This document shows, one piece after another, positions 24,782 through 35,967 of a DNA stretch of 64,000 bases (positions within the stretch are counted from its first letter, which is position 1; each line of letters begins with the position of its first letter). Location of the stretch: NCBI RefSeq assembly GCF_009834535.1, contig NC_045697.1, positions 73,844,001-73,908,000 on the forward strand. Reading direction: 5' to 3'. Made by a program: the position numbers and the translations under genes. Under the pieces are notes generated by a model, which ran no database searches, had not been told where the DNA came from, and worked only from the letters and a program-made list of their open reading frames with translations. The DNA comes from Camelus ferus (lineage: Eukaryota).

Positions 24782-26574
24782 GTAAGACCCTGGGGACAGT
24801 CGGTACTTGCTTACAAGCATAAGTTTATTCCTGATTTAATGGTCAGCCTCTCTTCCAGCCTTCAACTCTAAAGTTACTCTGAGTTGCCTCTCAAAGGCCT
24901 CTATTATCTATACTTGGGACACATGGGTTAGATTTTAAGGTCTGTGAATCTGTTAAAATTGTGTGTTGACTTTGATGTATATATGTTTTGTTTCGTTTTT
25001 TCTGGAGGAAAGATTTTTATGATTCTTAATGTCTGTCATTTTTAATGAAAGAGAGATAAGAACCATTCAAATATAATGGTCAGCATGAGAAAGGTGCTGT
25101 CTCTAGCCACCTGTCTCAGTGTGCCTCCTCTCCGTGTGGACCTCACTTACAGCCACTTTGTCTCAGTCTTGTTGAGGACCCCCCAGAAGTGCTATTTGTG
25201 GTCATTTGCTGGCCTGAAAAGTGAGCACCTGCCTGAGCCTAGGCAGCTGGGTTTCACGACAGCTTGGCCTCATGGAACTAGCAGAGAATTCAAGCTTAGG
25301 ATGACAGATCTCAGGAGAGCCTATAGGATTTGTTTCACATGATTTTCCTGAAAGTACAAGTAGAGCTACTGACAGAGAGAAAGACACTTTTTTCATTATG
25401 TTCTTATAGTTCATTTTAATAAAGACTAATTTGTTCTGAATGCCAAAATCTGTTAATAAGTGTCCCGACCTAAGGTTTTGTTTTTTGTTTGTTTGTTTTT
25501 TAATCAGATTATTATCATTTATATGGACATGTGGAAGTAGGGAACTGGTGTATCTTCTTCCCCAAAATATTTATGATGAATGCTAGAATGAACTCTACTA
25601 TATATACGTTTGCCTGTACCATAAGCCAGTTAAATGCATTGTAGGAAAAAAAATGCAGGCTAGCTGGAGAAAGAGAAGAATGAGGCTTTTTTCCCCCGTT
25701 CTATAACTCTTTTAGCAGGTAATTCAGCTTTAGCTTCACTGAATCTTGTTTATGCATTCAGCATAGCAAATCTTCTAAAAAGCCCGTGCAGCTGTAATCT
25801 CTGCCCTCACTCCAGATGCCTGAGGATATAAGTATCCACTCTGCCATTTGATACTTCTTAGAGACTGACCTGGTGCTGAGAAACCCTTTCCAGGGTGTCC
25901 TCAGTTAAACTCCCATGATTCCTGGATGTTGTCATTTTCGAGACACAGGGCAAGTGCATCTGCCTAGATTACCTCTCTGCCCTGGGAATTTTAAGTCACT
26001 GTGTAAGGGAAAGAGAACTCAGCACAGTAGTAACTCTCAGAATGAAAAATTTCCCCTTTCATGTTAATGTTTTTAGAGTAATCATTGTCACTGAAAATAG
26101 ACTTCCTCTTTCCCCTCTCATGCTGGAAAATCTTATTAGGTAATTATGAATAGAGCATTCTTTGCTTTTCCCCTCCTCCCTTAGTGGATGCTCTCTGCCT
26201 CTCACTGTGGGGACTGTGGCTGCTCGTTCTGTGCTTGGCCTTAACATGAGAGTGGAGACACATTTTTAAGATAGAATTTTTATCTCTTTAGTGAAGGCAT
26301 AACGTTAGTCAGAAGATTTTCTCTTCTGGGAGGTGAAGGGTGGGTAAGTATGGAAAAGCAAAAGTTTAGGGAAAAATATAAGATAAGTTACTGACAAAAA
26401 AAAAAAAAAAAAGAGGCCAGGAAATTAAAATATTAGCTGTTACTTTTTTTAAAACAAGATTTTCAAGTAACTCCTGGAGGAGTCCTTCACTCATACTCAA
26501 AATAATCTAATTTTGCATTTTTTTTTTTACAGTTGGATAAGCTTAGCCTAGAACTTATTTTCAATAGTGAATAA

Positions 26575-26770
26575 GCCTAAGGCTTAACTTTAGTCATATT
26601 TATTAGCTGTGTGTTCTTGGGGAAATTATTTAACCCCTTTAAGCCTTGTTTTATTTGGCAAAGGGGAAATAGGTCTGAGTTAAATAATAATGGAATCATA
26701 TAATATCATATGGATAATATGTGCAGGACTGGGCATACAGTAAGTTTTCAATTTTAAATTAACATCTCTT
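26575..26770 (+). mobile_element. MIR SINE
   Basis: 'tttattagctgtgtgttcttggggaaattatttaacccctttaagccttgttt...ctgggcatacagtaagttttcaa'. Confidence 0.7.
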
Positions 26771-26819
26771 TATTATTATTAATCACTGTTAGTAATGTTG
26801 CTTTTAGTTTTTTAATACT

Positions 26820-28330
26820 AAATTCATTCAAATAGTATTTCTTGACCACCTATAAATACCAGGCACTCTTTAGGAACTGGAATGCATGAATGAGCAATAT
26901 AGATGAAAATCTCTCTCCTTGTTTATAGAGTGGGAGACAGACATAAATAAAAATGTATAGTATGATGAATACCAAGAAGTGCTCAGCATAAAAATGTTGG
27001 CAGAGAAAGGAAATTGGAGGCATGGAGAATAAATAACTAAAGATGGAGCAGTCAGAAAAGACATCATGATAAAATTATTTTTTTGAGTAAAAACATAAAA
27101 AAATAATATACACATACCATAAGGTTACATGGGGGAAGAGTGTTTCAGTTAGAGGAGAAATGCCACAAAGCCCTGGGGTAGTAACAGTTTTTTCAGAGTG
27201 ATTCAGAGAGAATCAGAACATCTTACACAGCTCAGTCATGTCACCAGTAAACAGTTACCCAGGTGCCCAGGTGAGTGGTGCAGACAAGAACGCTGGAAGT
27301 TCAAAGAATGGCAGGGCCCATTTAGACTAAAACAGGTAAGGGAAGACTTCACAAAGGAAAGCTGTGGCCTAGTCTTGAAGGACAGGAAGAATTTGGGTAG
27401 TTGGTAAAAGGGTACAGACATTCAGTTACAAGATGAATAAGGTCTGAGGATCTAACATATAGCATGGTGACTATTGTTGATAACACTCTATTATATGATT
27501 GAAATTCGCTGAGAGAGTAGAACTTAAGTGTTCTCACCAAAAACAAACAAATGAACAACAACAACAAAAAACCCTAAATGTGTGAGGTGATGGATGTGGT
27601 GATCAACCTGATAAGGGGAATTCTTTCTTAGTGTATATATAAAATCATTATCGTGTATGCTTTATGTATCTTAGTTTTAGTTGTCATTTTATGTCTCAGT
27701 GAAGCTGGAAAAAAAAATCTCCAAAGGAGGAGTTCTAGTTAAAGTTACTTTTATACACTTCACAGTCGCATAGTCCTCACACCACCAGCCATAAAACAAA
27801 CAATAAGGAGTGACAGCCCCGTGCAGAGAAGTGGAGGAGAAACATGAGGTGGAATGAAAAAAAGGATGTTGGCTTTGAGGGCGAAAAGGTGCACTAAGAA
27901 AAGGCCAGGGGCAGGTGATCTTGTACAGAGTTGGCAAGTAATGGCAGAGAAGATGGAAAAACAGATGAGGTTAATTTTTGTAAAATCCTATGACCTGTCT
28001 AAAGATTGTTACATACTGTTGTACAAATGTTGAGGAACAACTGAAGAGGTAAGTAATAAGGTAAATTCAGGTCTTTAGCGATATTATTATTTCGACAAGT
28101 TTAGAAGATTAGGGAGATAGAGGAAGTGGTTGGAATGATTTAGGAGTGAGGTTGAGAATGTGGAGTATGGTCATAGAAATAAGGCAGAAAAGGGAAGATA
28201 GGTTTGATATATTTTAGAGAAAAATCATGAAGATTTAACCGCTAATTGCACATAGGAGATTACAAAGTGTCTAAGTTTTCCCTTCAAGTTTTAAACTGAC
28301 CAATTAAAATTTTGGCATTACAGGAAGTAG
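26820..28330 (-). mobile_element. LINE-2 fragments (antisense), interrupted
   Basis: Starts 'attcattcaaatagtatttcttgaccacctataaataccaggcactctttaggaactgg'. Purine-rich L2-like segments continue to about 27190 and again at about 27900-28330. Confidence 0.6.
27400..27718 (+). mobile_element. LINE-1 3'UTR fragment (L1MA9/L1MB-like)
   Basis: 'aaagggtacagacattcagttacaagatgaataaggtctgaggatctaacatatagcatggtgactattgttgataac...gaagctggaaaaaaaa'. Confidence 0.88.
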
Positions 28331-29379
28331 GGAAGCTAGGATACCCAGAGATGATACAGGACCCCTCTGGGTTCCTGTCATTAGCTACTGGCAGAACCTG
28401 GGCTGGCTCCAGGTCTTCACATTGACAGCTCCCTGTCTCCCCGTCTCCATGCCGTCCATAAGAAGTGTTTTGCCTGACAACTTGTGGAGAATAGAGTTAG
28501 AAGGTTTCGATTTGCCCATTAACACTGTTTTGAGGCCATTTTTCTACTTAATATGGACATTTTTACCTTTTCTCATGAAACAGATCTATGTTGTTTAGAA
28601 AGGGTCAAAGAAACATTGATAAGACTAGAAAAAGGTCATTGTATATGCTTAGATTCTCCCATGCTGAAGATGTCATCTTTCTTTTTCTTCAATGGTTTGA
28701 GATGGAACAATTATTTCTATCATGGTACTGTTCTTTCTGTTTATTTTTCAGAAGAAAAATGACTTTTGTTATCTCAACTTTAAATCACCACATGGATTTC
28801 AAAATTAAAACTTCAAATGTCCCTTTCTTATGGACCAATCCTATAAACTGAACAAGCTTGATCAATTTATCCTTTGAGTCATGGGACTCTAACCTAAAAC
28901 AGACCCTAGAGATCATCTAATGCAGTGCTCTTCAAATGGTTACTTTCTACCCATCTATTTCTTATTAAATATTTTTTTACTTTTAATAAAATGTAATTGT
29001 CTAGCAAGGGGGCAGAAGTGTATTTAAAAGAGAAAATTTTATTTTTCTATTAACAACAGTGCTACAATCCTTTCTTTATACATCTCTTTACTTTCTCCAT
29101 ACACATGCTGTGTTATAATATGAGTCATGACTGAACTGTATGAAATCAAAACCTTTGTTATCTGCGGTGTCTTGAGTTCTATGTGTATGAGGCTCAGATT
29201 GGTCTCTTAGTCTCTATGTCCCAAGAGAGTGAATTATGGAAGACTGTTGACATTCTCATGAGATTCTGCTGAGAACTCTGGCAGTCCCTAAGTTATAAAT
29301 AGTACTATATAGCATTTCTGGCATTAATGCCTGTCCACATATGACATACACTTTGAGTTTAGAACGAGTCAGCCAGGCT

Positions 29380-29540
29380 AAAATAGGCTGTCCCCTATGA
29401 AAGTTATTTTCACAATTCTTGTGTTTCAGTTTCCCCATCGACAGGTGAAGTATCATTTGCCTCTATTGATCTCATAGGATATTTTAAGCATAAGTGAGAC
29501 TTGGTGAAAACACTGTGTATTCTGAAATGAAGTAGCAATG
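29380..29540 (+). mobile_element. MIR SINE
   Basis: 'gtgtttcagtttccccatcgacaggtgaagtatcatttgcctct...ctcataggatattttaagcataagtgaga'. Confidence 0.6.
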
Positions 29541-30019
29541 CAAATAACGGCACTAGAGATGTTTGCCCACCTTTATAGATGTTTATCTAACCAAATCTTT
29601 TCCTTATTCTCTCTCATTACAGATGTTCATCTAACCAAATCATTTCCTCATTAATTTTTATAGTTAGTATGTACATTTTCATCCTCTCTCATGAAACAGA
29701 TCTAAGTTGTTTAGAAAAGGTGAAAGGCACTACTAAATGTGAAATTAATTTGTTATCTTGGCTTTTTTTAATGTTGAAAAGATTGGAAGAGCAAGTGATG
29801 GGTTTCTTGGAGAATCTGTGATAATACAGTTAATGTTGTATATGTGTATACCACTTTTGTAATTTTCAGCCAAAACCACCTATAGTCCTTGAATCTTGGT
29901 GGTTTTGGAGAGCCCTTAAGACAAACAAACAAATAAAAAATCTTGGCCACCTTTTCCAGATCTTGAATCCCCCTCCACGCTTGCACATATGCACACAGGC
30001 ACACACATCTTTCCTTAAA

Positions 30020-30960
30020 TTCTCCCGGCTAGCTGGCTTCCTACTTCCTTGAGAACATCAAACTTGGGCAAGAGCTTCTCCCACTTTCTTTCCCACTCAC
30101 ACTCCTAAATCCAGCTTGTCCACACCTCTACCCATCCTTGCCATTCTTAATTTCCTTTTTCCATGAAGTAGTCATTTCCTAGTTGTTCCCTCTGTTTCTA
30201 TCCCCCCCCCCTTTTTTCTTTCCTGGCAGTCAATTTAAAGTACCCCATTAAGCTCATTCTTAGATGCAAATGTAACTGTGCATATCCCTCCTTAGGGATA
30301 CTTCGGGGGACTTTGATGGATACCTGTTGTCAAACTGTATGTTAAAGCAGAGCAAGTCCCCCACCCCCACCCCTTGCAAAGTTTTTACAATTAAAATAGA
30401 ATTCATCTGGTCAGTGCAGAAATGGATGCAATGCCGGGGCTCTTAGGGCCACCTACCTCCCTGTTCAGCCCATGTAGGCCTGAATCACTCTGAGAATGAA
30501 TGCTTGCTATCTAAAGAACTCAGTTTGGAAAACCACTGGCCTACAGGAAGTAAGTCAACTCAGTATTTTATATTCCTTATCTGGCTCTTCATTACTCTTC
30601 AACCTCCTTGTCACCATGTTGTCTGTCCCTCAGATTCTGTGATGTAATTATTCCTAACTCTATAGGTCCTTAATATAACATTATATTTCACGCATTCAAG
30701 CCTTTGTACTTGCTGCTCTTCTGGTTAACTGCCTTTTTCCACTTAAAGACTCAGCTCAGGTTTCTCATCAGCAAAACCTCTTATGTGTGGCACTGCTGTC
30801 CCTCACACATTCCACTTACTGTATTCCTGTGTGCCTGTCTTCTCTACAAACTCTAAAAATCCCTAGGACAAAGGCTGTGTCTTATCTTCCATTCCTAACA
30901 TCTCACACAGTCTTCGGTTACATAGTAGGCACTTAATCACACTCTTTAAAAGAAGGAATT
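30020..30960 (+). mobile_element. LINE-2 fragments with an embedded MER5-like DNA element (about 30240-30540)
   Basis: L2 motifs 'taaagactcagctcagg...ccctaggacaaaggctgtgtctt...catagtaggcacttaat'. MER5-like end 'cagtttggaaaaccactgg'. Confidence 0.55.
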
Positions 30961-31470
30961 CACTTTGTGATCATATCTTTTATTCTTTGTCCCCTATGGC
31001 TCCTTCTTAAAATAGATACAGCACCTGTCCCCTTAAGGGGGTGGGCAGAGGTGGAGGAGGAACTGGGAGAGTAAGTTGGAACTTTCAGTGTCTGGGCATA
31101 GTAATCTCATATACAAAGTTACATTATTGCAGAATTTGAATCTCCAAGATACTCAATTGTAAGTAACACTTGTCTAAGTAACATTTGATGCTCCCCCCCC
31201 ACCCCTAAAGTATCCTACCCAAATTAAATTTATTACAACTGGGATTTATGTTTTTGTTGGCTATTTGGGGAGACTTTAGGAATATTCTAATTCCAGTAGT
31301 ATCAATGCACAGAAGTTTTAACTATAGGAAGAGAAATTTGAAAGCTGTTGTGGATGGTGTCTACTGGGTGATAATTTTGATGAATAAACACACTCAAGGC
31401 CTTGTTTGGTGAGACATAAGTGCAGGAAATGTTTTGAAAATTCCAGAAAGTTTAGTTGATGATAGATTTT

Positions 31471-31520
31471 CTGACCCAGCAGTTTTTTGCTCTGCTCTTT
31501 TTTTCACTCTCAGGTAAGAG
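31471..31520 (+). other. Candidate recursive splice site (3'ss directly abutting a 5'ss)
   Basis: Branch-like 'ctgac' (31471-31475), pyrimidine tract 'ttttttgctctgctctttttttcactct', then CAG|GTAAGA with the junction at 31513/31514. Confidence 0.4.
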
Positions 31521-34131
31521 GAGAAAAGCGGTCAGCGTAACTTCAGAACGTAGGCTCCTGTGGGAGGCCGTGTATTTGGCGGTGCTTTCCGGGTGCCTTG
31601 TGATGTTATGAGGACATAGCTGGGAATGTGTGCAAGCCTGCAGGGCTAAATCAATATGCTGCATCTCTAGAGAGCATTTTAGGAAAGACTTCCAGCTCCA
31701 GGTTCCCTAACCAAACAGTGAACTGATTATTAAAATCCATAGCTTCAGAGGAGGGTAAATAAACTTCCCGCATCAAATGCACAATTGAGTTCTTGTACAT
31801 TTTAAGTATATTTCATTTAGAACAACAACAACAACAAAAAAGTGTAGACTTTTGTTATATATTTATTAAAAGTATAAAACCAGATGGTCTTAAAAAGGTT
31901 CTTTTTCCTTAGTTTCATACTTTTTTAAAGGTAGTAGATAGTTTGGGTTTTCTTTCTTTCTTTTTTTTTTTTTTCCTGGTATCATTTATATTTTAGTTGT
32001 CCCTTTCCCTTTTTTCAGATGTCCACCTTCTCAAAGTGAGTCATTTTTAGATATTTTAAAAATATAAATTACTATAATATTTTGTTAGTAAGTTTTCCTG
32101 AAGTAGCAAGGGACAAAAACACATCTGAATGCCTAGCACATAGTAGGTGCTTAATAAATATTTTTTTGATTGATTGAAGGGGTTTCACCCTATGGAAAGG
32201 AAGATAATGTAACATCAAAATATTTTGAAAAGCTTAGTTTTTTCTAATGATGGAGAAGATACTTTTCTTCACTAACATGTGTCATACAATTGGAATATAT
32301 CATAAAATGTCTACTTCAGATCTTTATTGAGGCCAGTTAAAGAAGGCAGAAGAGGGAGATAAGGGGAGAAAAGTGGCCAGAAGATAAAGAGGGCAATTTT
32401 CTAAATTTATGAGACAAAATGTTTATAAAATTTTGACAGCTATCATCTGGGAGAAAAGTTAACTATTTTAAAACTTTAAAAAAATGGTTATTCCCTTTTT
32501 ATGCCACATGCAGGAATCTTGTTTACTATCTTTCTACAAAGGACTGGTCTAGCATCCGACTGGATTCTTCTAATTGGGAACTCACCAATTGAGTACATTT
32601 TTAGAATGTTCTAATTGTTTCGTATCATACTAAGCTAAAATATGCATTTCTTGAAGAATGTTGGCTCCCTTTTTTAATGTAATGGTCCCTTAAATATTAA
32701 AATTTGGGATTTGGTATTTTAGGTACGATCAGATCATTATAGGGCACTCTAGTTTCCTGGACACTGCACATCTATTAATACGGCCCTAAAGCACACATGG
32801 CTTTCTTGCCCCAAGACCACACGTTGAAATGCTTTGTCTTTTTTTTTTCTCACAAGCAGCTGATTAACCAAATTTCTTTCATTCTTACTTTGTCACTGTG
32901 ATTTTCTAAATCAATGTGGAAGATTTTAACATTTAATTTAGTAAATTCCATCTTCTTATTCTTGGTCCCTCCTTTAAGCTTAGGCAAGTTTATGAAAATC
33001 TTTTCATTCCATGTATTATTTATATACATATGCTCTCTTCTCTCCTCATTTCCTCTGTAAATTTTATAAGCATAACCTCTGTGTTTTCTTTGATGTTACT
33101 GATTAAAATGTTGGTTTAATTTCTTTTTAAAAAATGGCTAATCATTCAGAGAACAATCATATATATGTTATACATGTTTAAGTCTTAAAACTTAGAACAA
33201 CTCTCATTTGTGACGTCCTTCATCTTCTCTGTTTTTAACTCTCTCTAGAAAGTAGAGGCATTGTATATCTTACTTTATAGGAAAAAAGAGTCTGCTTTCA
33301 TGATGTAATGCTATACTTTTAAAACTTTAAAAGTTAGCTTTATATTTACAACTGGTGGCATAAATTAGATGGTTCCCACAGACTGAAGGTCCTGGATCAA
33401 GATAGGCAACTGAGGAAGGTTAAGATGAACTCTGCCCACCTCCCCCCAAAAATGGGTGGGGAGGGGGCCGAGTGCAACACTGAACTGACTGGCCTTACTG
33501 GAATGATTTTAAGACATTTGTCCAGTAAGTTGGACACAGTGATGAATCATGAACTAAAGGATGTTATAGAAGGTAGGCTTGGACGTGTAGAAGCAATTGT
33601 CTCACTTCTGAATTTGTGGTTACTTTTGCCTTTGTTAAGGAGAAAACACTTTCCCATTGATTCTGCAGATAATGTATTTTCCATCTTTGACCCATTGGTA
33701 GACTGATTTTTCCATTTAACTAATTTATCAGAAATAGCAGATAATACTCTTGGTACTAACCAATATAAACCTGAGACTTTTTGGTCTAAGTCACATTAGA
33801 ATAATGCAGGTCAGAGTGATATAATGATGCACAACTGACATTGATAAGAAAAATTGTGAATTTTCTTTTTTTTTGAGGATATTAGAGAAAAAAATGTAAA
33901 CTTTAAACTTCCACTGTTGTTTCCAAAGCCTTAGTTCATCAATTACTCCATTTTCAGAAAATTATTTCAGTAGGAAGGTTTACTAATAAAAAAATTTCTG
34001 CTATATCCCTAAACTTTATATGTTCACTCAACCACTGTCTAATTACCTTTTCATTTATTTGTCATCTCCTGCCTCCTATTCTCTTTAACTGTCAATCATT
34101 TCCCTCCCTTTCTGGGAACACTGCTTCCTGC

Positions 34132-34162
34132 TGGTCAGTAGGTCAGTAGGTCAGTAGGTCAG
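34132..34162 (+). promoter_or_regulatory. 8-bp tandem repeat (GGTCAGTA) forming chained DR2 nuclear-receptor half-sites
   Basis: TGGTCAgtAGGTCAgtAGGTCAgtAGGTCA read directly. Function is inferred from the motif only. Confidence 0.45.
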
Positions 34163-35741
34163 AAACCATGGATGGGTCTGATATGAATATTTATATATAT
34201 GTAAATACCCAACCCAGGTCATTCTTTTAATCAAAATGACAAAGAAGTTTGACTTTACTGTGCTTCTGTTTTGTTTTATGTTCAAGCTCAAAGTTTTATG
34301 TTTGTGATATTTATGTCTTGAGATACTTGATAATACTATGATTAAAATCCCTATTGTTGAATCCTTCTACCCCTGAAAGACTGAGAATTTCCTTTAAATT
34401 CAGTTAGCTGAATCATTTAAATACTTGCAAATTAAGACATTACTTCTGTTGTATTTTAAAAAGTTGGATGAATTGCCCTTTAAAACAAAATCATCTCTTC
34501 AAAAAAGGCACTATTTTCCCCCAAATACATAATTGAGAAGAAATATTTTCCTGCTTAAGTGGTTCATACTTATCTTATTTAGCCTATTGTTTAATGTAAA
34601 GTATTTCTCAGAAATTTTATGTAAAGTCTAAGCCTATATTTTCATGCATTGATAGTAAACAACACAATAGATGTGAGGCAAAAAAAAAAGCGTTTTTTTT
34701 TTTTTTAATGATAAATTGTGGGTGTATTGGTGCTATGCTTTATTTTTGTTCCCACTGCAGTGCTTAATAGCTTTTGGTAAATAAAATGATCAGTGGATAA
34801 CAGTCAAACCAGGCTTACTTAAAGTGGAGATATTGCTTACTTGTGAACTTTTTAAAGAAAAACTTAATTTCACTAAGAGGGTTTCAGGACTCTTGATTAT
34901 GGATTTTATGAAGCAAACTATAAGGCAATAGAAAGTTACCTCCAATTTGGGGCAAGAGTTGCATTCCTGCCAATATAGTTAAATATGGTATCATCAACAG
35001 GACATCTTCATCCAGAATCCACAGATTACCATCTCCTGCCCTGCAGGTTTGTGTGACCATAGGATTAGTGCATATTTCATGAGATAACATCCATCCCTAA
35101 CGTCTTCATTCCTTGACCCATTGTAAATGTAGATATACGTCCAAAGAAGTTTCCCTGACTCATACACATAAATGAGTATGTCCCTATATAGCTGTCTCTT
35201 CAAACTTTATTTTTACAGAAAGCTTACAAAAACTGTGGATAAAAAACATATTAATCTTACTTAATGGATAGCTGATGCTGAAAATAACATGAAAGTCAAA
35301 TTATTAATTCTGTTTTTCCTAGCCCTTACCTTTGAGAAGCCTGAGTCTTTGAGAAGTGAGGTGACTGCTCCAGGGTGACAGGTGACAGTGGTACTTAGGT
35401 GACACTAAGTCCTCTAAGTACGTAGTGGTGCTCTTCCCACTGCTGTGTACTACCCCTGTTAAAAAAATTCTGTAATTCATAGTTCATTTTTTAATATTTT
35501 CCATAAACTATTATATTATTATTAAAGAAATACAGAAAAGATTTCTTAAAATTGCTCATTGTTTTCAGATACGTTAGTAAGTATTTTTCTTCTCTGAAAT
35601 TTTGTTTTTCTCAAAGGCAGTAGTATTTTTGCCTCTTCTAAATAACACTTAGTATTTTCAGTAACATAATTTTAATCAGTGGTCACATTAAACCCTTATT
35701 TTGAACCATATTCCTAGTTACTTTTTATAACAAGGCTTGGG

Positions 35742-35845
35742 TTTTTTTTAATTCTTTATTTTAATTTTGTTTTATTTTATGGAAGTGTACTGGGGATTGT
35801 GCATGCTAAGCATGTGCTCTACCACTTAGCTATTTCCCTCCCCCC
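35742..35845 (-). mobile_element. Vic-1-type SINE, partly deleted
   Basis: 'tggaagtgtactggggattgtgcatgctaagcatgtgctctaccacttagctatttccctccccc', preceded by a T-rich tail. Confidence 0.85.
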
Positions 35846-35852
35846 GGGGTTT

Positions 35853-35900
35853 TACTACGACTACTACGACTACTACGACTACTACGACTACTATTATTAC

Positions 35901-35964
<64 letters not shown>
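35853..35964. repeat. Compound repeat: (ACTACTACG) about 4 units, then (TAT) more than 20 units
   Basis: Read directly from the sequence. Confidence 0.95.

Positions 35965-35967
<3 letters not shown>

Noticed and set aside
26292..26343. Possible 52-nt exon ('tatctctttag|' to 'TGG|gtaagt')
   Set aside because: The sites are plausible but the pyrimidine tract is short and there is no compositional or coding signal. It is indistinguishable from the many pseudo-exons in long introns.
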